From a virus, in IMG/VR virus record IMGVR_UViG_3300029861_000010: 36,545 nt of DNA; one strand, written 5' to 3'. The position numbers were made by a program, and so were the translations under genes. The notes below the pieces were generated by a model. That model ran no database searches and had not been told where the DNA came from. It saw nothing but the letters and a program-made list of their open reading frames with translations. Shown here piece by piece: positions 28,965 through 36,545 of this stretch (positions are counted from its first letter, which is position 1; every line of letters begins with the position of its first letter).

Positions 28965-29302
28965 GACCAAGAACCAGAGAACTGAATATCCCCAGTGACC
29001 AGGAGATCCTGGCGCTGGACAACGTCCCGGTGGAGACGGCAGCCCGGTATTTGGGCAGCAGCACAGCCACCCTATACGAGGCCCTGCAAGATGAGCGGGT
29101 CCCCTTTGGGTGGGCAGTGCAGCACAACTCCCACTGGTCCTACAACATCAGCCCTGGGGCCCTGGTCCGCTACAAGCGGGAGGGGCTGCCCATGTACCGG
29201 CTGAAGGATGTGTCGGAGATCATCTGCGAGGACATAAACCGGCTGATCGACCAGCGGATGTCCCTGGTGGGCAAACTGACCAGCGTACTGCTGGAGACAT
29301 AA
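28961..29302 (+). CDS. Putative HTH DNA-binding protein (excisionase/MerR-like HTH; function uncertain)
   Basis: ATGA overlap with the previous gene. VPVETAARYLGSSTATLYEALQDERVPFG looks like an HTH_17-type motif. Confidence 0.5.
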   Translation: MRPRTRELNIPSDQEILALDNVPVETAARYLGSSTATLYEALQDERVPFGWAVQHNSHWSYNISPGALVRYKREGLPMYRLKDVSEIICEDINRLIDQRMSLVGKLTSVLLET

Positions 29303-29315
29303 GGAGGTTAACATC

Positions 29316-29513
29316 ATGCGCGCACTCAATTTATCTGAGGCGGCCCGGGTGACCCGGCGGCTGCTGGACCAGTACGGCCCGGCGCGGCTGCTCCGGGTGG
29401 AGGAGCTGGCCCCCGGGGTTTTTAGGGGGATGCTGGCCGGCGGGGCTCAGGCCCTGGCGGTGATCCGGGAGGACGGGCGGATCGCCGTCCGGGAGGCCGA
29501 GCCGTGGGCATAA
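29316..29513 (+). CDS. Hypothetical protein (65 aa)
   Basis: ORF with an AAGGAGG RBS. Confidence 0.5.
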   Translation: MRALNLSEAARVTRRLLDQYGPARLLRVEELAPGVFRGMLAGGAQALAVIREDGRIAVREAEPWA

Positions 29514-29543
29514 AAAATCCCCGGGGCCTTTCGGCACCCGGGG
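29512..29543 (-). terminator. Hairpin whose U-tract lies on the minus strand
   Basis: AAAAAAT precedes the stem CCCCGGGGCC-TTTC-GGCaCCCGGGG. Read leftward, this is a stem followed by a T6 run. Confidence 0.45.
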
Positions 29544-29557
29544 CGGCAGACAAGGGA

Positions 29558-29585
29558 TTGTCTACCATGAGAACAAATGTATTAT
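29558..29585 (+). promoter_or_regulatory. Candidate promoter for the replication module, flanked by 12-bp direct repeats
   Basis: TTGTCT, a 16-nt spacer, then TATTAT. TACCATGAGAAC (29563-29574) and TACCATGGGAAC (29585-29596) flank it. Confidence 0.4.
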
Positions 29586-29621
29586 ACCATGGGAACGTGT
29601 GTTTGACAAGGGGGAATTTGC

Positions 29622-29885
29622 ATGACCACAAATAATTTTGAGCCCCAACCGCGGGATGCCCAGCTGGAGACGCTGCATAACCTGGTTACCTTTTGCGAGA
29701 GGCTGATCCAAAAAAGCTTGGCGGAAAGGAGCTTCCGACTGGCTTGGAGTTGGCATGACAGCCTATCTGGCGCGTATATGCTGGCGAGGTGGCTGGGTCT
29801 GGAGGAGCCGGACCACCGTGACCGCGAAAAGATGTGGTTTGAGCGCATCAAGACGGCGCAGTTTGGGCCGCACGGGAAGGAGTAG
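29622..29885 (+). CDS. Hypothetical protein (87 aa)
   Basis: ORF with RBS AAGGGGGAA. Confidence 0.5.
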   Translation: MTTNNFEPQPRDAQLETLHNLVTFCERLIQKSLAERSFRLAWSWHDSLSGAYMLARWLGLEEPDHRDREKMWFERIKTAQFGPHGKE

Positions 29886-29890
29886 GCGGT

Positions 29891-30652
29891 ATGGGTGAGG
29901 GAACGGTACAGTTCCGCCGGAAAAAAGCCTTTGCCACCCTGTACCGGGAGGTGGCCCAGGACGAGCGCCTGAGCCTGGAGAGCCGGGGCCTGCTGGTCCT
30001 CATGGCCTCCCTGCCGGAGGACTGGGAGTACAGCGTTGCCGGCCTGGCCAAGAAGGCTGGCTGCGGGAAGGACAAGCTGCGCCGGATCCTGGGGGAGCTG
30101 GAGCAAGTGGGCTATCTGGCCCGGGAGCAGAGCCACGACAGCGGCGGCAAATTCGGGGGAAATATCTACATCATACAGGATGACGCGCCACCGTTGTCCG
30201 GGAAACCCGACAACGGTCAAACCCGTCAACGGGAAACGCCGTCACCGGGTTTCACGACACAACATAAGAATATCTTAACAGTAGAAGATAAGAAAGAACC
30301 CCCTAAAGCCCCCACGGGGGGCAGGCGGCCGAGTAAATACGATCTGGCGGAGGACGCCAGGCCGGTCCTCCAGGCCTACGTCGGGGAGGACGGGGAACTG
30401 CACCGGGCGTTGGCTGACCTGATCGAGATCCGGGTAGCCAAGCGGGCCATCAACTCCAAGCGGGCGATCCTGACCCTGCTGCGGGAGCTGGACCGGCTCA
30501 GTGAGGGCCGCCGGGAGGACAAGCTGCTGCTGATCCGCCAGTCGGTGACCAACAGCTGGAAGTCTGTCTTCCCCCTGCGGCAGGGCGGCGGCCAGAGACC
30601 GGAGCCCTCCCAGCCCACCCTGGTGGCCCGGGAGGAGGTGGCCACATGGTAG
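29891..30652 (+). CDS. Winged-helix replication initiator / replisome organiser (DnaD-like)
   Basis: LSLESRGLLVLMASLPEDWEYSVAGLAKKAGCGKDKLRRILGELEQVGYLARE is the typical wHTH pattern. It lies directly upstream of dnaB. Confidence 0.65.
   Translation: MGEGTVQFRRKKAFATLYREVAQDERLSLESRGLLVLMASLPEDWEYSVAGLAKKAGCGKDKLRRILGELEQVGYLAREQSHDSGGKFGGNIYIIQDDAPPLSGKPDNGQTRQRETPSPGFTTQHKNILTVEDKKEPPKAPTGGRRPSKYDLAEDARPVLQAYVGEDGELHRALADLIEIRVAKRAINSKRAILTLLRELDRLSEGRREDKLLLIRQSVTNSWKSVFPLRQGGGQRPEPSQPTLVAREEVATW
30191..30300. other. Candidate replication origin inside the initiator gene: inverted repeat, three iterons and an AT-rich tract
   Basis: CCGTTGTC...GACAACGG is an inverted repeat. AAACCCGACAACGG (30203), AAACCCGTCAACGG (30219) and AAACGCCGTCACCGG (30234) recur at 15-16 bp spacing. 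The AT-rich ACAACATAAGAATATCTTAACAGTAGAAGATAAGAAAGAA follows. Confidence 0.5.
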
Positions 30653-32013
30653 CGCGGGAGGAGGACAGGCTCTCCGCCCAGGTGGCGGTGCTGGGCTCCC
30701 TGCTCATTGACGACAGGCTGGTGGGGCAGGCCCTGGAGCGGATCCGCCCGGAGGACTTCCTGACCCCAAAGTGCCGCATGGTGTTCCAGGCCATCCGGGC
30801 ACTGTTTGCCGAGGGCAAGCCCACCGATGCGGTGACCGTCCGGAGCAAGCTGGGTGGCCGGGAGGATGACGGGTGGACCCAGTACCTGATGGAGCTCATG
30901 GAGCTCACCCCCACGGCGGCCAACATCTGGGAGTATGCCTCCATCATGCGGGAGCAGGCGCGGATGTCCAAAGTGGCCGAGCTGGGCGGCCTGCTCCAGG
31001 TGACCCAAGATATGGACAAGGCCCGGGGCTACATTGCCCAACTCAACGAGCTGCTGGTGGACCGCCGGGGCGTCCAGCGCATGGACATGGCCCAGATGCT
31101 CCTGGCCTTTTCCGAGCGGCACAGCGGGACGCCGGTGGATTACATGACCTGGGGCCTGCCCAAGCTGGATGCGGGTACATACACCGAGATGGGGGACATG
31201 GTGGTGCTGGGTGGCTACCCCTCCGCGGGCAAGACCGCTCTGGCGGTGGCTATGGCCTATCACCAGGCCAAGACAAGGCGGGTCGGGTTTTACAGCATGG
31301 AGACAAACCGCTACAAGCTGGCCGACCGGCTGTTGGCTAACCTGGTGGGCATTGAGATGTCTGCCATCAAGCGCAATCAGATCACCGGGGAGCAGTGGCA
31401 GCGGGTGGCCGACCAGTCCGACCGGATCCGGGCCCGGAAGCTGGAGCTGGTGGAGGCCAGCGGTATGTCAGCCCAGGATATTCGGGCGGACGCCCTGGCC
31501 CGCCGGTACGAGATCGTGTATGTGGATTATATGCAGCTCATCGAGCCGGAGACCCGCAAGGCCAACCGCACAGAGCAGGTGTCCGGGATCAGCCGGAGCC
31601 TCCAGCAGCTGGCCCACGGTACAGGACGCCTGGTGGTGGCCCTGTCCCAGCTCTCCCGGGCGGAGCATACCGGCAAAAACGAGCAGGTGGAGCCCACCAT
31701 GTCCGACCTGCGGGAGTCCGGGCAGATCGAGCAGGACGCGGACGCCATCCTGCTGCTCTATCTGGAGGAGCCCAACCGGCCGGAGGCCAGCCGGCGGGTG
31801 CTGAAGGTGGCCAAAAACAAGGAGGGCACCCGGGGGAGGATCTATCTGGTCTTTGACGGCCAGTACCAGCGCTTTCGGGAGAGCGCGCTGGAAGAACCCG
31901 CCCCGGCGGCAAAGCGGCAGACCTACAAGCGGCCGCCCAAGGCTCAGATGGACTTTTTTGACCTGCCGGACGAACCAGTTCCATTTGAAGAAAAAACGGA
32001 GGAATTACCATGA
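30646..32013 (+). CDS. dnaB: Replicative DNA helicase DnaB
   Basis: N-terminus AQVAVLGSLLID, Walker A GGYPSAGKTALAV, and SQLSR...ESGQIEQDAD motifs. Confidence 0.9.
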   Translation: MVAREEDRLSAQVAVLGSLLIDDRLVGQALERIRPEDFLTPKCRMVFQAIRALFAEGKPTDAVTVRSKLGGREDDGWTQYLMELMELTPTAANIWEYASIMREQARMSKVAELGGLLQVTQDMDKARGYIAQLNELLVDRRGVQRMDMAQMLLAFSERHSGTPVDYMTWGLPKLDAGTYTEMGDMVVLGGYPSAGKTALAVAMAYHQAKTRRVGFYSMETNRYKLADRLLANLVGIEMSAIKRNQITGEQWQRVADQSDRIRARKLELVEASGMSAQDIRADALARRYEIVYVDYMQLIEPETRKANRTEQVSGISRSLQQLAHGTGRLVVALSQLSRAEHTGKNEQVEPTMSDLRESGQIEQDADAILLLYLEEPNRPEASRRVLKVAKNKEGTRGRIYLVFDGQYQRFRESALEEPAPAAKRQTYKRPPKAQMDFFDLPDEPVPFEEKTEELP

Positions 32014-32801
32014 GAACATTTGCGATCGTCAACCGCAAGGGCGGGGTGGGCAAGACCACCACCGCCGTGGAGCTGGCCTTTATCTTGGCGACCAGCTGCA
32101 AGCAGCGCGTCCTGTTTATCGATGCCGACAGCCAGGGCAACGCCACCAGCATGATGCTGGCCTCCGGCCAGGATCCCCACGGGACCGGGCTGGCCGCCGC
32201 GCTGGAGTACCCCCTCGAGCACTATCTGGACATCATTTGGCGCACGGACTATGAGGGGCTGGACATCATCCCCGCCGGGGAGGATCTGGCGGACTACGAG
32301 CTGTCCTGCCTGCTGGGGCGGCAGGCCCCGGACTTTGACCGCCTGCGGGATCTGCTGGCCGTGGTCGCGGAGGATGCGTACTACGACACGGTGGTCATCG
32401 ACTGCCCGCCCTACTACTCGGTGAGCTGTCTGTCTGCCATCGCCGCCTGCGACAGCATCATCATCCCAGCCGGGATCGACGCCTATTCCACCACGGGGAT
32501 GGCTGGGCTGGTCCGGCAGATCGACAACATCCGGCAGGCCTGCCCCCAGATCCGGGTGGCCGGGGTGCTGGTGACCCAGTGGCGGCGGTCCAGCATCGGC
32601 GAGGACGCGGTCCAGACCCTCCGGGAGGAGAGCCCGGTCCCCATCTTCCGCACGGTGATCCGCCGCACGGACAAGGTAGTGGAATCCAGCTGGTCCCGTG
32701 AGCCGGTGGGGGCGCTGTCCCCCTTCAGCGCGGCCAGCCGGGATTACCGGACTTGGGTGGCGGAGCTGCTGGGGCGAGAGGGGGTGGCCAACAATGCTTG
32801 A
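32010..32801 (+). CDS. parA: ParA-family partition ATPase
   Basis: Deviant Walker A motif NRKGGVGKTTTA and overall ParA/Soj layout. Confidence 0.9.
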   Translation: MRTFAIVNRKGGVGKTTTAVELAFILATSCKQRVLFIDADSQGNATSMMLASGQDPHGTGLAAALEYPLEHYLDIIWRTDYEGLDIIPAGEDLADYELSCLLGRQAPDFDRLRDLLAVVAEDAYYDTVVIDCPPYYSVSCLSAIAACDSIIIPAGIDAYSTTGMAGLVRQIDNIRQACPQIRVAGVLVTQWRRSSIGEDAVQTLREESPVPIFRTVIRRTDKVVESSWSREPVGALSPFSAASRDYRTWVAELLGREGVANNA

Positions 32802-33768
32802 TCTGTCCGGAGTGCTGGCCCCCAAGGAGGGGCGCGACATCGAGGTCATCACCCAGGAGATCCTGGACGCCAAGCGCCGGGGCGGGGAGGCTATCCTCAC
32901 CATTGGCCGGTGCCTGACCGAGGCCAAGCAGACCATCCCTCACGGGGAGTGGCTTCCTTGGCTCAATGAGCGGGTGGAGTTTTCGGAGCGGACGGCCCGC
33001 AATTTTATGCGTCTCTCCCGGGAGTGGTCAAATCGGCAAGCGCTTGCCGATTTGGGCGCCGCCAAAGCATTGACTCTGTTGGCGCTCCCAGCTGAGGAGC
33101 GAGAGTCGTTTATCGCAGAAAACCATGTCGTGGGCGGAGAGGAGAAAACCGTCATTGACATGACCTCCCGGGAACTGGAAAGGGCGATCCGAGAGCGGAA
33201 GGAGGCCCAGGAGGCTGCGGCCAAGGCCCAGGCCGAAGCGTCAGCGGCGGAGCAGGCCCGGGCCAAGATGGCCGAGGACATGAAGCTGCTCAACGCCCGC
33301 CTGTCCGGGGCCCAGGAGGACCGGGAGCAGGCCGCCCAGGCTGTGGCCCGGCTGGAGGCCCAGCTGGCCGAGCTGAAGGAGAAGCCGGTGGAGGTGGCCG
33401 TGGAGACTGTGGTGGACCAGGCGGCCATTGAAAAGGCCCGGGCGGAGGCCGTGGCCGGGATGCAGGACAAACTGGACAAGGCCCGGGAGGCCAAGGCCAA
33501 GGCCGACGAACGGCGCAAGCAGGCGGAGGCCTCGGTGGAGATCCTGAAAAAGTCCATTGATGAGATGGAGCGGAAGGAGAAAAAGGCCGCCCTGGGGGCG
33601 GACAAGGATCTGGCCCAGTTCGAGGTGCTGTTTGACCAGACCAAAGAGACGGTCAACCGGATGCACGGGATCCTCATCAAGGTGCGGAGCCGGGATGAGG
33701 ACGCCGCCGGCCGGCTGAGCAAGGCCCTGGCAGCCCTGGCCGAGGCGGTGAGGAGGTGCGCGGAATGA
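32794..33768 (+). CDS. DUF3102-domain protein with long coiled-coil C-terminus (possible ParB analogue)
   Basis: GRCLTEAKQTIPHGEWLPWLNERVEFSERTARNFMRLSREWSN matches the DUF3102 pattern. The ATG at 32794 overlaps the parA stop. Confidence 0.7.
   Translation: MLDLSGVLAPKEGRDIEVITQEILDAKRRGGEAILTIGRCLTEAKQTIPHGEWLPWLNERVEFSERTARNFMRLSREWSNRQALADLGAAKALTLLALPAEERESFIAENHVVGGEEKTVIDMTSRELERAIRERKEAQEAAAKAQAEASAAEQARAKMAEDMKLLNARLSGAQEDREQAAQAVARLEAQLAELKEKPVEVAVETVVDQAAIEKARAEAVAGMQDKLDKAREAKAKADERRKQAEASVEILKKSIDEMERKEKKAALGADKDLAQFEVLFDQTKETVNRMHGILIKVRSRDEDAAGRLSKALAALAEAVRRCAE
33029..33054. repeat. Perfect 26-bp palindrome, family member C, inside the DUF3102 coding sequence
   Basis: CAAATCGGCAAGC/GCTTGCCGATTTG. 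It differs from member A only at the symmetric positions 7 and 20. Confidence 0.9.
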
Positions 33769-34118
33769 GCAGCTGGTATGAGCAGGCGGCGGCCAAACTT
33801 AAGGCTGAGTACAGCCAGGTCAAGGGGCAGAAGGAGCAGGCCATGCGCCCCGCCGTCCGGGACGTCCTGCTGGAGTTCTGCCGCCAGGACGAGGAGTTTG
33901 CCCAGGCAGTGGTCCAGGGTGGTTCGTTTGCGGCGTGTATGACCGCCGTGGCCAAAGGGGTGGGCGGCTCTATCTCTGATCTGGATGCCTATCGCCGGGC
34001 GGCGGCCTTCTACTTTGAGGGGGCGGAGGTCCAGTCTACGGTGACCATCCGCCTCACCCCGGCGGAGCCAGAGCCGGACCGGGGCGGGATCCTGCTGGAT
34101 CTGTCCGACTTCTTCTGA
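33765..34118 (+). CDS. PcfK-like protein (the family that includes the AcrIIA9 anti-CRISPRs)
   Basis: DEEFAQAVVQGGSFAACMTAVAKGVGGSISDLDAYRRAAAFYFEGAEV parallels the PcfK pattern (DELFA...C..YI...SD.E.Y..A.HYY.E). ATGA overlap with the DUF3102 gene. Confidence 0.55.
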   Translation: MSSWYEQAAAKLKAEYSQVKGQKEQAMRPAVRDVLLEFCRQDEEFAQAVVQGGSFAACMTAVAKGVGGSISDLDAYRRAAAFYFEGAEVQSTVTIRLTPAEPEPDRGGILLDLSDFF

Positions 34119-34131
34119 GGGGGTGGGCAGG

Positions 34132-35832
34132 ATGAGCTATACCAAACAGGAGCGCGAGATCTTGGACAGCTGGCCCACAGTGACAGCACAGGACCTGGAG
34201 GCCATGAACGACCTCTTTCCCCACTATCTATTTTTCAGCCGGGCAGGCGATCTGATGGGATTGAGCGGGATCAATCTGTGGGCTTCCTGCTGCGGGCACA
34301 AAGAGGCCCGCCCCTACCTCACACGGACCCAGGATCAGGAGCACTGGACCCTGATGGATCTGAGGCACAAGGCCCGGCTGACCTGCCCCTGGTGCGGCCG
34401 GGAGGTGACGGCCATCGACCTGTCCAGGGCCAAGGGGCGGAAATCTTTGCGGCAGACGGAATTGACGGTGCTGCTCCACGCCAAAGGAGACGCCCTCTAT
34501 GCAGACGCCTTGGTCCTGTACAAGGACTACGCCGACGAGGCGGCGCTGACCGCGGGCCCCGTCGCCTGGTGCTCCAGCGGGTACCGGTTTGTCCAGGGCG
34601 AGGTGATGCAGGTGGACCACCAGTGGGATGACAAGCACCCCCGCATCACCTATGAGCGGGGCAAGCTGGGGCGGAAAAAGCTGGTCCAGGAGCCGTTTAA
34701 GGCCGGATCCATCTCCTGGTACAATCACAGCCCCTATTCCATCCTCAACCGGGAGGCACTTGAGAGCCACCCCTTCTTTCGGTACTGCGGATTTTTTGGC
34801 CGGTGGCAGTACCGGCCCGGCGGGGACCGGGGCTATGCGGCAAAATTCCACGAGCTGATCTCCTATCTCACCGCCTACTCCATCTACCCCAGGCAGATCG
34901 AGATGCTGTCCAAGGCGGGGTGTTGGCAGCCCATTGCAGACCTGGTATGGAGCCGGAAGAAAAACGTCTGGGCCATGTGCTGGGAGGAGAGCGACCCCCG
35001 GAAGGCGTTCGGGGTGGACAAGCGGGAGCTGGCCTGGATCATGGGGGCCCATCCGCACATGAAGGTGCTGGAGGTGCGGAACTATGTGCGCAGGCACTGG
35101 GACAAGACCTGGGACCTGCCCTTCTGCAACGACTTTTGCCATTTGTGGGGCGGCCAAATGAATCCCATGGATGTTCTGCGTCTGGCCAATCGGTACCGGC
35201 TGGACCCGGACCGGCTGCTGAGATACTTTGACGGGGTCTTTGCCCAAAACGAGGACTATTACTGCACCCTGTTTGAGCTCTACCGGGATTACCTGGACGC
35301 GGCCTATGCCCTGGGCCGGTGCATGGAGCACAGCGCAGTGCTCTGGCCGGAGCAGCTGTATACCGCCCATGACGTGGCGGTGGCAGAGCTGGCTGACACG
35401 CAGGCCAGGACAGAGGGATCCCGTCGTGCAGTATCCCTCAAGGAGCGGCGGCTGAAGTATGAGTTTGAGATGGACGGCCTGCGGATCGTATTTCCGGCCA
35501 CAGCCGGGGCCATCCGGCGGGAGGGCAAGGTCCTGGACCACTGCGTAGGCGGCTACGCATCGCGGCACATGAGTGGGGTCTGCACCATCCTGTTCCTCCG
35601 GCGGGCGAATGACCCACATACCCCATATATCACCATCGAGATGGACGGCAACAAAATCCGGCAGATCCACGGCTACCACAATGATACCCTGGCGGGCAGT
35701 CCCAAGCCGCGGGAGGTACACAAGGACTTTTTGGACGCCTGGCTCCGGTGGCTACGGGCCGGGAGCCACCGGAATGAGGACGGGACGCCCAAACTGCCCA
35801 AGCGAACAAAGAAGCAAAAGGAAGTGGCATGA
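34132..35832 (+). CDS. PcfJ-like protein
   Basis: The C-terminal REGKVLDHCVGGYASRHMSGVCTILFLRRANDPHTPYITIEMDGNKIRQIHGYHN matches the PcfJ-like signature. There is an N-terminal CCGH...CPWCG zinc motif. Confidence 0.6.
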   Translation: MSYTKQEREILDSWPTVTAQDLEAMNDLFPHYLFFSRAGDLMGLSGINLWASCCGHKEARPYLTRTQDQEHWTLMDLRHKARLTCPWCGREVTAIDLSRAKGRKSLRQTELTVLLHAKGDALYADALVLYKDYADEAALTAGPVAWCSSGYRFVQGEVMQVDHQWDDKHPRITYERGKLGRKKLVQEPFKAGSISWYNHSPYSILNREALESHPFFRYCGFFGRWQYRPGGDRGYAAKFHELISYLTAYSIYPRQIEMLSKAGCWQPIADLVWSRKKNVWAMCWEESDPRKAFGVDKRELAWIMGAHPHMKVLEVRNYVRRHWDKTWDLPFCNDFCHLWGGQMNPMDVLRLANRYRLDPDRLLRYFDGVFAQNEDYYCTLFELYRDYLDAAYALGRCMEHSAVLWPEQLYTAHDVAVAELADTQARTEGSRRAVSLKERRLKYEFEMDGLRIVFPATAGAIRREGKVLDHCVGGYASRHMSGVCTILFLRRANDPHTPYITIEMDGNKIRQIHGYHNDTLAGSPKPREVHKDFLDAWLRWLRAGSHRNEDGTPKLPKRTKKQKEVA

Positions 35833-36254
35833 TGTTGAATCGGATCGTGATCATGGGCCGGCTGGGCCGGGACCCGGAGGTGCGGTACACCCAGGCAGGG
35901 CGGCCGGTGGCCTCCTTCTCCCTGGCGGTGGACCGGGACTTTAAGGACAAGGCCAGCGGTGAGCGGGCCACCGACTGGATCCCCGTGGTGGCCTGGGAGG
36001 CCCGGGCAAAATTTGCCCAGCAGTATTTTCACAAGGGCCAGCTGGCTGTGGTGGAGGGCCGCCTCCAGATCCGGGACTGGACCGACAAGGATGGCGGCAA
36101 GCGCCGCAGCGCCGAGGTGATCGCCGACGGCATCTATTTTGCCGGGGCCAGGTCCGCCCCGCCCAGCGAGGGCAACGCCGACGAGGGGACGCTCCCACCC
36201 CCGCCGGCCGGGGACCTCCAGGACCTGGACGACGACGGCGAACTGCCGTTCTGA
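35829..36254 (+). CDS. ssb: Single-stranded DNA-binding protein
   Basis: MLNRIVIMGRLGRDPEVRYTQAGRPVASFSLAV OB-fold start and the acidic tail DDDGELPF. Confidence 0.9.
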   Translation: MMLNRIVIMGRLGRDPEVRYTQAGRPVASFSLAVDRDFKDKASGERATDWIPVVAWEARAKFAQQYFHKGQLAVVEGRLQIRDWTDKDGGKRRSAEVIADGIYFAGARSAPPSEGNADEGTLPPPPAGDLQDLDDDGELPF

Positions 36255-36472
36255 TGGCGATGACCTTATGCTGGAGCTGCCGCCGGGCGCTGGGGACCAT
36301 GGGATGCCCCTGGTGCGAGTACGACGAGATAGAGCATCGGGTGCGGTTTGAGCCGGTGCCCGGCTGGACAGCCAAAAAACAGGTGCGGGTCCACGGGATG
36401 ACCTCCTACACGGTGATCCAGTGTCCGTTGTACCTGGAGGACGAGGAGAGGGAGATCCAAAATGAAAATTGA
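36254..36472 (+). CDS. Small Cys-rich protein (72 aa, CxxC...CxxC)
   Basis: Its start overlaps the ssb stop. Sequence LCWSCRRALGTMGCPWCEYDE. Its 3' end is duplicated as a relic at 1724..1822. Confidence 0.65.
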   Translation: MAMTLCWSCRRALGTMGCPWCEYDEIEHRVRFEPVPGWTAKKQVRVHGMTSYTVIQCPLYLEDEEREIQNEN

Positions 36473-36545
36473 AAATCTGATTGCCGCACTGAGGCGGCTG
36501 AAGGTGCAGACCGGCTCTCTGGCCTGCCTGGGCTGCGGGCACGAG
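36374..36545 (+). repeat. Direct repeat copy 1, continuing into 1-87 on the circular map
   Basis: Near-identical to 1724-1890. Confidence 0.9.

Overview
The window is one complete temperate siphovirus-type phage genome. Its ends overlap exactly: bases 1-92 equal 36454-36545, giving a 36,453 bp unit. The sequence is GC-rich and uses strong GGAGG-type RBSs. The protein families look like those of a Clostridia/Oscillospirales-like Firmicute host, which is inference. Nearly all genes are on the + strand and tightly packed, with many ATGA start/stop overlaps.

Layout:
- 1-4.7 kb: early region with many small Cys-rich/zinc-ribbon proteins, a DUF551-like protein, an ASCH-like protein and an XRE regulator.
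- 4.7-5.8 kb: HUH rolling-circle Rep-like protein, then a KTR-type Cys-rich protein and a terminator.
- 5.9-21.7 kb: HK97-type late operon. It holds HNH, an in-frame TerS-TerL fusion ORF, portal, prohead protease, capsid with a C-terminal cadherin-like domain, connectors, tail tube, chaperone with a -1 frameshift, tape measure, Gly-rich tail tip protein and fibres.
- 21.7-24.1 kb: lysis cassette with a holin and an Amidase_3 endolysin.
- 24.1-28.6 kb: visibly more AT-rich accessory/lysogeny block, mostly on the - strand. It holds an unknown two-gene operon with its own consensus promoter and palindromic operator, a tyrosine integrase with an attP-like repeat region, a 27-aa hydrophobic peptide locus with convergent promoters between two duplicated terminator+palindrome units, and a lipoprotein-ImmA-XRE repressor operon.
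- 28.6-36.5 kb: CI/Cro-type switch with three operator repeats, then replication, partition and plasmid-like genes. These are a wHTH initiator with internal iterons, DnaB, ParA, DUF3102, PcfK-like, PcfJ-like and SSB.

Most interesting candidates for undescribed biology:
- the orphan two-gene operon at 24140-25141;
- the putative type I toxin/antisense locus at 26.65-26.97 kb;
- a three-member 26-bp palindrome family, one copy of which lies inside the DUF3102 gene next to parA;
- the HUH Rep coexisting with a DnaB-type replication module, a partition module and an integrase;
- the TerS-TerL fusion.

All family calls come from motif recognition by eye. No database search was run.
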